A stretch of 64,000 bases of DNA from Antedon mediterranea (lineage: Eukaryota; Animalia; Echinodermata), in assembly GCF_964355755.1 (NCBI RefSeq), contig NC_092678.1, forward strand, positions 14,010,352 to 14,074,351, read 5' to 3'. Position 1 is the first letter of the stretch, and every line of letters begins with the position of its first letter. Shown piece after piece: positions 33,847 through 45,352 of this stretch. The notes under the pieces are model-generated. The model saw only the letters and a program-made list of their open reading frames with translations, had not been told where the DNA came from and did no database searches. Both the position numbers and the translations under genes were made by a program.

Positions 33847-36800
33847 TATATACAATAACGTTTATAACTTTCCAGATCATACTTCTTTTTCTATTCGATT
33901 ACAGTTTCTAATGATAGCATACTTCAGGAATGATCCTGATTGTTCTTATATTAATTATTATACATGGTTTCTTAAATCCAAACACACTCTTATTCTAGAA
34001 AGTTCATGTAGATACATACACCGTCTCTTTACCGAATGAACTGATAAGGTCGTGCAATCAATAAGAGGCATAACATGCCGTGCATTCGTCGTGCGTTGTA
34101 TATCGAGAGAACAAATGAAAATATTGTTTACTTCGAGAATAAGCAATACACCGTCTCTTTACCGAATGAGCTGATAAGGTCGTGCAATCAGTAACAGGCA
34201 TAACATGCCGTGCATTCGTCGTGTGTTGTATATCGAGAGAACAAATGAAAATATTGTTTACTTCGAGAATAAGCAATACACCGTCTCTTTACCGAATGAG
34301 CTGATAAGGCCGCGCAATCAGTAACAGGCATAACATGCCGTGCATTCATCGCGTGTTGTATAATTATTATACATGGTTTCTTAAATCCAAACACACTCTT
34401 ATTCTAGAATGTTCATGTAGATACATACACCGTCTCTTTACCGAACTAACTGATAAGGTCGTGCAATCAATAAGAGGCATAACATGCCGTGCATTTGTCG
34501 TGGGTTGTATATCGAGAGAACGGATGAAAATCTTTTTTTTTTTTTTTTTACTTCTAGAAGAAGCAATACACCGTCTCCTTACCAATCGAGCTGATAAGGA
34601 AGGCCGCGCAATCAGTAACATGCATAACATGCCGTGCATTCATCGCGTGTTGTATAATTATTATACATGGTTTCTTAAATCCAAACACACTCTTATTCTA
34701 GAATGTTCATGTAGATACATACACCGTCTCTTTACCGAATGAACTGATAAGGTCGTGCAATCAATAAGAGGCATAACATGCCGTGCATTCGTCGCCTGTT
34801 GTATATCGAGAGAACAAATGAAAATATTGTTTACTTCGAGAATAAGCAATACACCGTCTCTTTACCGAATGAGCTGATAAGGCCGTGCAATCAGTAACAG
34901 GCATAACATGCCGTGCATTCATCGCGTGTTGTATAATTATTATACATGGTTTCTTAAATCCAAACACACTCTTATTCTAGAATGTTCATGTAGATACATA
35001 CACCGTCTCTTTACCGAATGAACTGATAAGGTCGTGTAATAAATAAGAGGCATAACATGCCGTGCATTTGTCGTGGGTTGTATATCGAGAGAACGGATGA
35101 AAATCTTTTTTTTTTTTTTTACTTCGAGAAGAAGCAATACACCGTCTCCTTACCAATGGAGCTGATAAGGAAGGCCGCGCAATCAGTAACATGCATAACA
35201 TGCCGTGCATTCATCGCGTGTTGTATAATTATTAGACATGGTTTCTTAAATCCAAACACACTCTTATTCTAGAATGTTCATGTAGATACATACACCGTCT
35301 CTTTACCGAATGAACTGATAAGGTCGTGCAATCAATAAGAGGCATAACATGCCGTGCATTCGTCGCCTGTTGTATATATACAATAATGTTTATAACTTTC
35401 CAGATCATACTTCTTATTCTATTCGATTACAGTTTCTAATGATAGCATACTTCAGGAATGGTCCTGATTGTTCTTATATTAATTATTATAGGCCTACATG
35501 GTTTCTTAAATCCAAACGCACTCTTATTCTAGAATGTTCATGTAGATACATACACCGTCTCTTTACCGATCGAGTTGGATACGGTCGTGCAATCAATAAG
35601 AGGCATAACATGCCGTGCATTCATCGCGTGTTGTATACCGAGAGAACAAATGAAAATATTGTTTACTTCGAGAATAAGCAATACACCGTCTCTTTACCGA
35701 TCGAGTTGATAAGGCCGTGCAATCAGTAACAGGCATAACATGCCGTGCATTCATCGCGTGTTGTATAATTATTATACATGGTTTCTTAAATCCAAACACA
35801 CTCTTATTCTATAATGTTCATGTAGATACATACACCGTCTCTTTACCGAACTAACTGATAAGGTCGTGCAATCAATAAGAGGCATAACATGCCGTGCATA
35901 CGTCGTGTGTTGTATATCGAGAGAACGGATGAAAATATTTTTTTTTTTTTTTTTTTTACTTCGAGAAGAAGCAATACACCGTCTCCTTACCAATGGAGCT
36001 GATAAGGAAGGCCGCGCAATCAGTAACATGCATAACATGCCGTGCATTCATCGCGTGTTGTATAATTATTATACATGGTTTCTTAAATCCAAACACACTC
36101 TTATTCTAGAATGTTCATGTAGATACATACACCGTCTCTTTACCAATCGAGTTGATACGGTTGTGCAATCAATAAGAGGATAACATGTCGTGCATTCGTC
36201 GCCTGTTGTATATATACAATAATGTTTATAACTTTCCAGATCATACTTCTTATTCTATTCGATTACAGTTTCTAATGATAGCATACTTCAGGAATGGTCC
36301 TGATTGTTCTTATATTAATTATTATAGGCCTACATGGTTTCTTAAATCCAAACACACTCTTAGTCTAGAATGTTCATGTAGATACATACACCGTCTCTTT
36401 ACCGATCGAGTTGATACGGTCGTGCAATCAATAAGAGGCATAACATGCCGTGCATTCGTCGCCTGTTGTATATCGAGAGAACAAATGAAAATATTGTTTA
36501 CTTCGAGAATAAGCAATACACCGTCTCTTTACCGAATGAGCTGATAAGGCCGTGCAATCAGTAACAGGCATAACATGCCGTGCATTCATCGCGTGTTGTA
36601 TAATTATTATACATGGTTTCTTAAATCCAAACACACTCTTATTCTAGAATGTTCATGTAGATACATACACCGTCTCTTTACCGAATGAACTGATAAGGTC
36701 GTGTAATCAATAAGAGGCATAACATGCCGTGCATACGTCGTGTGTTGTATATCGAGAGAACGGATGAAAATCTTTTTTTTTTTTTTTTACTTCGAGAAGA

Positions 36801-38057
36801 AGCAATACACCGTCTCTTTACTAATGGAGCTGATAAGGAAGGCCGCGCAATCAGTAACATGCATAACATGCCGTGCATTCATCGCGTGTTGTATAATTAT
36901 TATACATGGTTTCTTAAATCCAAACACACTCTTATTCTAGAATGTTCATGTAGATACATACACCGTCTCTTTACCGATCGAGTTGATACGGTTGTGCAAT
37001 CAATAAGAGGCATAACATGCCGTGCATTCGTCGCCTGTTGTATATATACAATAATGTTTATAACTTTCCAGATCATACTTCTTATTCTATTCGATTACAG
37101 TTTCTAATGATAGCATACTTCAGGAATGGTCCTGATTGTTCTTATATTAATTATTATAGGCCTACATGGTTTCTTAAATCCAAACACACTCTTATTCTAG
37201 AATGTTCATGTAGATACATACACCGTCTCTTTACCGAATGAACTGATAAGGTCGTGCAATCAATAAGAGGCATAACATGCCGTGCATTCGTCGCCTGTTG
37301 TATATCGAGAGAACAAATGAAAATATTGTTTACTTCGAGAATAAGCAATACACCGTCTCTTTACCGAATGAGCTGATAAGGCCGTGCAATCAGTAACAGG
37401 CATAACATGCCGTGCATTCATCGCGTGTTGTATAATTATTATACATGGTTTCTTAAATCCAAACACACTCTTATTCTATAATGTTCATGTAGATACATAC
37501 ACCGTCTCTTTACCGAACTAACTGATAAGGTCGTGCAATCAATAAGAGGCATAACATGCCGTGCATACGTCGTGTGTTGTATATCGAGAGAACGGATGAA
37601 AATCTTTTTTTTTTTTTTTTTACTTCGAGAAGAAGCAATACACCGTCTCCTTACCAATGGAGCTGATAAGGAAGGCCGCGCAATCAGTAACATGCATAAC
37701 ATGCCGTGCATTCATCGCGTGTTGTATAATTATTATACATGGTTTCTTAAATCCAAACACACTCTTATTCTAGAATGTTCATGTAGATACATACACCGTC
37801 TCTTTACCGATCGAGTTGATACGGTTGTGCAATCAATAAGAGGCATAACATGCCGTGCATTCGTCGCCTGTTGTATATATACAATAATGTTTATAACTTT
37901 CCAGATCATACTTCTTATTCTATTCGATTACAGTTTCTAATGATAGCATATTTCAGGAATGGTCCTGATTGTTCTTATATTAATTATTATAGGCCTACAT
38001 GGTTTCTTAAATCCAAACAAACTCTTATTCTAGAATGTTCATGTAGATACATACACC
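33847..38057. repeat. Complex tandem array: ~25 copies of a ~75-bp core with 3-4 alternating linker types, forming an ~834-bp higher-order repeat
   Basis: Core atacaccgtctctttaccgaatgaactgataaggtcgtgcaatcaataagaggcataacatgccgtgcattc; the long linker recurs at 35381, 36217, 37049 and 37882. Confidence 0.95.
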
Positions 38058-39028
38058 ACACAAATACCTATATATAGGGGATAGGGAAAACCAATTCACG
38101 TTTTTTTTTTACTTGGAGTTGTGTTATGATGATTAAAATTTGCTGAGGCTTACTTTAATAACTACTTCTCATAGTAGTTGATAAATCGAGTCGATAACAA
38201 TGACATCATCATGCCAGAATCCAATATGGCGTCCAATTTGGCGGAAAAAACAGGGTATTGCTAACCCCGCAAACCCTTGCAAACCTACTTGTAAAAAAAA
38301 ACATAGCAAACCCCACCGAACCAACACAAAAGTGTAGTGATTGAATCATGTAGTGTACGACCCACTGGGTATATCCATGTAAAAAAAAAAATTAAATTTC
38401 TACGGTTAACTACTTATTTTTGGGGTAAAACCTCATTTTTTGGTCAAAAATGATTGCTAAACCCTGCAAACCTCCAAAAAAACATAGCAATCCCCACCGA
38501 AACAACATAATAAAAGTGATTGAATCATGTAGTGTACGACCCACTGGGTATATCCATGTTTAAAAAAAATAAAATTTCTACTGTTAACTACTTATTTTTG
38601 GGGTAAAACATCATTTTTTTTGTAAAAAATGATTGTTAATTTTTAACCAAAAAATGATGTTTTATCCCAAAAATAAGTAGTTAATTCAGTAGAAATTTTA
38701 ATTTTTTTTTACATGGACATACCCAGTGGGACGAACACTCCATGATTCAATCACTTTTATGTCGGTTCGGTGCGGTTTTCTATGGTTTTTTTTAGGTTTT
38801 CAGGGGTTTGCGGGGGTTTAGCAATACCCTGTTTTTCCCGCCAAATTGGACGCCATATTGGATTCTGGCATGATGATGTCATCGTATCAACTTGATTCAT
38901 CAACTACTATGAGAAGTAGTTATTAAAGTAAGCCTCTACTAATTTTAATCATTAAAACACAACTGCAAGTAACAAAAACTGTTAATTGATTTCCCTATCC
39001 CGTGTATGTTAATAGGAATTTGTGTGTG
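38057..39028. repeat. ~970-bp foldback (imperfect palindrome) forming the inner body of the TIR element
   Basis: gggatagggaaa..ctttaataactacttctcatagtagttgat..atgccagaatccaatatggcgtccaatttggcgg is mirrored at 38640-39001; the left arm has an internal ~180-bp duplication. Confidence 0.9.
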
Positions 39029-39198
39029 TTCTATAGGCCAAAATTTAAAAGTGCCATGAAAAATTTTCCCCAAGACCCTGGGATGGGGATTTTTTTTCTG
39101 ACATTCCATATGGTATACTTTATAAGAAAAACCAAAAAAACATTTTCCTATACTTTTTTCCCGCAAATGTGTATAATAATTGTTCTGCACCCAGGCTA

Positions 39199-39733
39199 CA
39201 AGGAGTTATCCGCTACTAAGCGGATAACAAATAAAGATGAAAAAAAAAGATATTTACAATCACAAGGGTTATCCGCAACTTAATAAGTTGCGGATAACCA
39301 ATTAATAAGTTGCGGATAACCAAAAAAAGATATTTACAATAACATGGGTTATCCGCAACTACTAAGTTGCGGACAACCAATGAAAAAAAAGATATTTACA
39401 ATAACAAGGGTTGTCCACAACTACTAAGTTGCGGATAGCCAACTAGATTTGAACTCGTCAAAATGACCTTTGGTTTATAATCTATGACCAATCATTGAAA
39501 TTCATAAAATTGCGAGTAACTTACGCTGCGCGACTCTAACGTCATTAAAAATATGGAGGTGCACAACTTCAGGTAAATGTCCATATAATGACAAAGTTAT
39601 ACAAAAGATATATTCACAAGCAATAGGGGATATGCTGTAGACAAAAATCCGGGAAAGAAAGAAGAATAACAAAGAAGATGAAAAAGATATTTACAATCAC
39701 AAGGGTTATCCTGCAACTAAGTTGCGGATAACC
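39199..39733 (+). repeat. Stack of HINE terminal hairpins plus an internally deleted HINE (39443-39733)
   Basis: Repeated aaaagatatttacaat(c/a)aca(a/t)gggttatccgcaact..agttgcggataacc units; CTAGATTTGAACTCGTCA at 39443 is fused directly to the distal block. Confidence 0.8.
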
Positions 39734-41118
39734 AAAAAAAAAAAAGATCCGGACAATAACCAATTAATCAAAACATATCCCAAAGGCCTCTATAATTCTT
39801 AAAAACGAAGTACTGTAGGAAAAGTTGGTAATATCTGGATGTATTTTAAGAGTTGAAGATGATCTTTGACTGACTAAACAATAGACTGTTTATAATACCA
39901 GGTTTGCATGTTCATAGTAGGAAACTGCTAGGAGGCAATAGAGAGTGAACATTAAATTAAGATAAAAGATATCTTTCTGTAGTCAACACCTTTCAGTACA
40001 TCTATGAATGAATAAGTAGTTGAGAGCAGGAATGCTAGTAAACTAAACCCAGTACCATTTTGATTTGACAAGAAATTATCTCTCTCTCTTTTGAAAATGT
40101 CTTCAACACATTCAGGTATTCTGTAGGAGTATAGTATCTTGGTGTGTAAAAGTTTATTAATAATTGTCTTTGTTACATGTTTAGAAGAGAATTTATATCT
40201 GATCGTAGTTGTACTACACTGTTTGGTAAGCCGTGTGTTGTTATTCAAATGAGTTTTTGTTTGTTAATTTTTTGTTAATTTTGTATATTAGAAGTTGCCT
40301 AGTATTGTATTAACTTTTTCCTGCCATACAACTTTATGCTGTACTGTTGGTTACACCGGTAGGGAGATATCTGGTTCATGCCAGATATTTTATTGTAATA
40401 TGTTATGCATTAATATTAATCGCTCTTGATCTTGGAACTTTAAATATTGTGTGGTCGCCACTCGAGGCTGGATGGAATTTTTTTAGAGATTTTTCCCCGA
40501 TTCGGTTATCAGGGGTTTTATTCATTGCCTATCGCAAGGTTAAGAGTGTTTTAGTAGAACATTACAGGTTAGCATCTGTTTGCCTTCAGTTCATTTAATT
40601 GAAAACAGAACAGAAAAGTAAAAAACACACGACTATTTAATTTTCGTCATTTTATCTAGAAACGAATATTGCATTTATTTTGTTTGTTTGTTATTTATAC
40701 GGGGTTATGGAAGTTGGCGTGTGTGACCGCACTTTCCCAGAATAAACATGTTTTAAACAGATATTTTGTCTCCATTGGTTCATGTATGGGGTTAACAGTG
40801 GCTGAGATGAGATCCAAATTTAACTGTGCTGTGGGCATTAGGTTAGATCGATCACACTCCCACACCTCAAAAGACAAGGCCTGCTATTGGTTAATAAAGG
40901 ATTTAAAGCAACTTACTGAGATCTAAATGTTGAACTTTTGGGCGATCTGAGTATGGATCATTTTTGTACAATGTATCCAGTATCTTCTCCTTTACTTGAC
41001 TGATGGTGTCACAGCTAAGAACTTTCACTTTTTGAAATGCACCACTGTCAGAATGTTGTATTGCATTCAGTGTCTGTAAAATAAAAATAAAATTTATTTC
41101 TAGAATATTAAGTTGTAA

Positions 41119-42659
41119 CTAGAATTTAATTCGTCACTTTGACGAATTATAGGTGATCATTTTTATCATTTTATTGACATTCATATTTTTTAAACATGCA
41201 CGTATGTTAACATACAATCGGAAAATGTTGATGTATGCCATCCTATTATACGCTATAGTGCTGAGTTGTGCCTATCATATGCCATATATACATTATGTAC
41301 AGTATATACTGTATATCTATATACAGTGTAGCATTAGTGAAATTAGGGACACACATCGTGTTCTAATTTTTTGGCACTGATGACATTATCAAAATAAACT
41401 TGTGGATAACAATATCGAAAGATAAAGAATTGAGCAATAAAATATAACAATTGGAAGAAAATTTGGCACGTAGAAGCGCGGTGCACGCTCTTTAAAATTT
41501 GTATAACTTTGACGAAAGAGATGAAAAATTTGCTTTTTAACTTCAACTTGCCATATTATAACGTCACAAGATTCCATAGGCTTAATTTTTATATAAATTC
41601 ATATCTACATTTAACCAGCTCTAATAATAAGTTATAAACATCAAGGTCAACTTTAATTCAGAAGAGCTGTAAGTTATTCAAATGTACCTTATAGGTGAAT
41701 TTACGTAACCACAGTTATTCAAATTTTAAGACGTGATGACGTCATCAAAATGAAAATGTTGGCAACTCATGAGTAACATAATTGGTTGAGGTAGAATATA
41801 TTAAAATTATAAAAGAAAATCAATTACAGATAAGCGAGTTGCGCTCTGTTGAATATGGTAGTCTATAACAAAAGGGGAAAAAACCCTGTTTTAAAAATAC
41901 ATGTGGCCCAAATGATGACATCATTCCATTTTGTACGTCTAATGTGTATATACATTTATATCTACAACTCATTGGCTTCCATAATAAGTTAAAAAAATTG
42001 GGGGTCACCTTCCATTCTGAACAGTTATATTCATTTTAAAAAGGCCTTATTTTTTACAATTTTTAGCACTTTTGTATAATTAATGTGCGCATTTTGTCAT
42101 TTTTAACGTGCTCGTATAGCACTATTTTAAGTCGAAATGGACTCAAATTTGTTGAATGTACTATGGAAGTTGAGTAGAATGCAATTTGTACCAAAAAAAT
42201 GATATTTTTTACGCTTTCTATGTACGCACGCGCAAAAACGTGTTTTTGCGCAGTAATTTTTTAAAACATGCAAATGGCCTGCTCTAAATTGATCAAAACG
42301 TAATTTTGAGCTTTTTAAATTTTTAACGCGCTCACGCGCATGACCCTGCGTGCTCGTGCGTTTTTATTTGCTAATATTTTTACCCTTGACCTGATGTTTA
42401 CGTGTAGTGAATTCATTAATATGTGATAATTAATTATGGAGATATGATTGATATTGCAATTTCACAAAATGGCATATAAATGACGTCACGGGTGAGGGAT
42501 CACGCTGAAAAGCTTATTAGGACTAAGTTAAAGTATTTGAAAGACATTCTGAAATTTTGATAATCATTGACATTAAAGTTTTTGAGATATTTGTTACACA
42601 AAATCTGTACAGAAAGAAATTGCAAAGAAACATTTTTTTTTTACAAAAACAATTTCTCA
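41119..42659 (+). mobile_element. HINE family 3 copy lacking its terminal hairpin
   Basis: Starts CTAGAATTTAATTCGTCACTTTGACGAATTATAGGTGATCA; homologous to 42660-44212 and, inverted, to 46673-48195. Confidence 0.8.
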
Positions 42660-44212
42660 CTAGAATTTAATTCGTCACTTTGACGAATTATAGGTGATCA
42701 TTTTATCATTTTATTGACATTAATTAATTATTACCTGAAAACAATTTGTTTTAAACATGCACGTACGTTATAATACGATCGGAAAATGATGATACATTCC
42801 ATCCTATTATATGCCATATACATACAGTATACCGTATATCTACAGTCTATACAGTGTAGCATAGGTGAAATTACAGGACACACATCATGTTATAATTTTT
42901 TGGTATGATGGAATTATCAAAATAAACTCTAAGATGACAATTTCGAAAGATAATGAATTGAGCAAATAAATACAAGAATTAGAAGAGAATTTGCCACGTA
43001 GAAGCGCTGTGCGCGCTCTTTGAAATTTGTAAAACTTTGACTAAAGAAATTTAAAAACTACTTTTTAACTTCAACTGGCCATATGATGACATCACAAAAT
43101 CCGATCGAGTTAATTTTTTTATGAATTCATATCTACATTTCATCAGCTTTCTTAATAAGTTAACATTTTCAAGGTCACCTTTAATTATGATGAGCTGTAA
43201 GATATTAAACTGTATGGTGTAGGTGAAATTACACGACTCACGTTATTCAAGTTTTTACACGTGATAACGTCATCAAAATGAAAACGCTGACAACTTATGA
43301 GAAAGATAAATAATTAAGCAAGGACACACTGAAATTTGTGCAAAAATCGGACTCAAATAACGGAGATGCGCTCTATTGAATACGATAACCTACACAAAAC
43401 GGGAAAAAAATCCACATTATTAAATTTAAGTGGCCATTTGATGACGTAATACCATTTTGTACGTCTAATGTGTATATACATTTATATTTACAACTTATAT
43501 TGGCTTCCATATTAAGTTTAAAAAATTGGGGGTCACCTGCCATTCTGAAGAGTTATATTCATTTTAAAAAGGCCTTAATTTTTACCATTTTTTGCAATTA
43601 ATGTGCGAATTTTGTCATGTTTAACGTGCTCGTACAGCGTCATTTTAAGTCGGAATGGACTCAAAGTCAGAGAATGTACTAAGGATTGTGAGTAGAATGT
43701 GATGTATACATAAAATTTTATTTTTTACGCATTTTAAGAATCGCGTGCGCAAAAACGTGTTTTTGCGCAGTAATTTTTTGAAACACGCAAATGGCCTAGT
43801 TTATGCTCTAAATTGATCAAAACTTAATTTTGAGCTTTTTAAAATTTTAAGGCGCAATTTCACGTACATGACCTTGAAACGCGCGAGTTTTTATTTGCCA
43901 ATATATTTTATCTTAACCTGAAGTTTACGTGTAGTGAATTTCATTAATATGTGATGATATGATTATGTGATTTCACAAAACGGCGTATACGTGACGTCAA
44001 GGATGAGTGATCACGCTGAAAAGCTTATTATGGCTAAGTTAAAGTATTTGAAAGACATGGTAAAATTTTTGTGATCGTTGCCATTCAACTTTTTGAGATA
44101 TTTGTTACACAAATTTGTACAGAGAGAAATAAATAATAAGAATAAGAATAGGAAGAATAAAGATTTCATACAATAACAATAGGTGATCATTTTATTCTAA
44201 ATGATCACCTAA
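42660..44212 (+). mobile_element. HINE family 3 complete copy
   Basis: Same CTAG/hairpin start; ends in the hairpin taggtgatcattttattctaaatgatcaccta. Confidence 0.82.
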
Positions 44213-44661
44213 TTAAAGTAATGAATATAGTACACACACAAGAGAAAGTAAATACAGAGATTAACTCTGACTGTTTACTGTTGTTTTAATAGAAATCCAT
44301 TGTGGCCATGAAATTTCATCTAATAATGAAAATGGAATGCATGTATACAGGGAAATAGTTAATAGAATACATACAATGACTTGAGGACGTTTGTCTGACT
44401 GAAGGCAATCATCAAGGTTCAATGAGTATGTAGCACGTCCAGTAATGGCATCTACTGGACCCATCTCAATCCTTAACTTCAGTGCATGGTACAGAACATA
44501 CAGTGGATGCCCGGCATAGTCCTGTAAAACACAATGTTTAAATGAGCAAATGGCCAAAAAGTTAAGACATTGGAACTGTAATCCATAGCCTTATGCCAAG
44601 GGTTTGAGGCTCACTTGCTCCATGGTTCTGGTGGTAGAACGAGTCTTCTTGGATAGTTAAT

Positions 44662-45352
44662 TGTTTTTAACTGTGTGCTAGTTTATTAGGTGATCATTTA
44701 GAATAAAATGATCACCTATTGTTATTGTACAAAATCTTTATTGTTGTTTTTTAGTTATCCGCATTCAGCGGATAACTCCTTGTAACTGTCCTGTTTCATC
44801 ATCTTTTTTTTCTGTATTCTTCTTTCTTTCTGTCATTTTTGTGTCACGCGTAACTCAAAAACGTGTAAACATAACATTTCATAACTTTGTCAACATATGG
44901 GCATTTATGTGAAATTGTGCACCTCCTATTTTGAATGACGTCAGAGTTGCGCAACATGACTTACGCGCGTTTTTACGAATTTCGCGTATTTAACATAGAT
45001 CGATAGATAATGTTTTTAACTGTGTGCTAGTTTATTAGGTGATCATTTAGAATAAAATGATCACCTATTGTTATTGTACAAAATCTTTATTGTTGTTTTT
45101 TAGTTATCCGCATTCAGCGGATAACTCCTTGTAACTGTCCTGTTTCATCATCTTTTTTTTCTGTATTCTTCTTTCTTTCTGTCATTTTTGTGTCACGCGT
45201 AACTCAAAAACGTGTAAACATAACATTTCATAACTTTGTCAACATATGGGCATTTATGTGAAATTGTGCACCTCCTATTTTGAATGACGTCAGAGTTGCG
45301 CAACATGACTTACGCGCGTTTTTACGAATTTCGCGTATTTAACATAGATCGA
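44662..45352. repeat. Near-perfect ~342-bp tandem duplication
   Basis: 44662-45003 is repeated at 45011-45352 with a short filler. Confidence 0.9.

Larger units (their letters stand above)
22904..39198. mobile_element. 16.3-kb non-autonomous TIR element (TAG...CTA ends, 4-bp TSD; Academ-like) carrying a virus-like gene cassette
   Basis: Left end TAGCCTGGGTGCAG at 22904, right end CTGCACCCAGGCTA ending at 39198; CAAG at 22900-22903 and 39199-39202; imperfect TIRs 22904-23084 and 39007-39198. The superfamily is inferred from termini and TSD only. Confidence 0.85.

Noticed and set aside
33847-38057. CRISPR-like repeat/spacer array
   Set aside because: Linkers are not unique: 3-4 types recur periodically. 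The core is ~75 bp, there are no cas genes and the context is eukaryotic.
33806-38077. Many short ORFs on both strands in the right array
   Set aside because: They are by-products of tandem repetition, with frames changing with poly-T length.
22904-39198. Polinton/Maverick or complete endogenous virus
   Set aside because: No pPolB, integrase, ATPase, protease or capsid is visible. A 6-bp TACAAG duplication can be read only by taking TA from the right TIR; the symmetrical TAG...CTA reading gives 4 bp. ACTACT at 23085 faces the wrong way for a Polinton end, and AGTAGT near 23769 has no partner.
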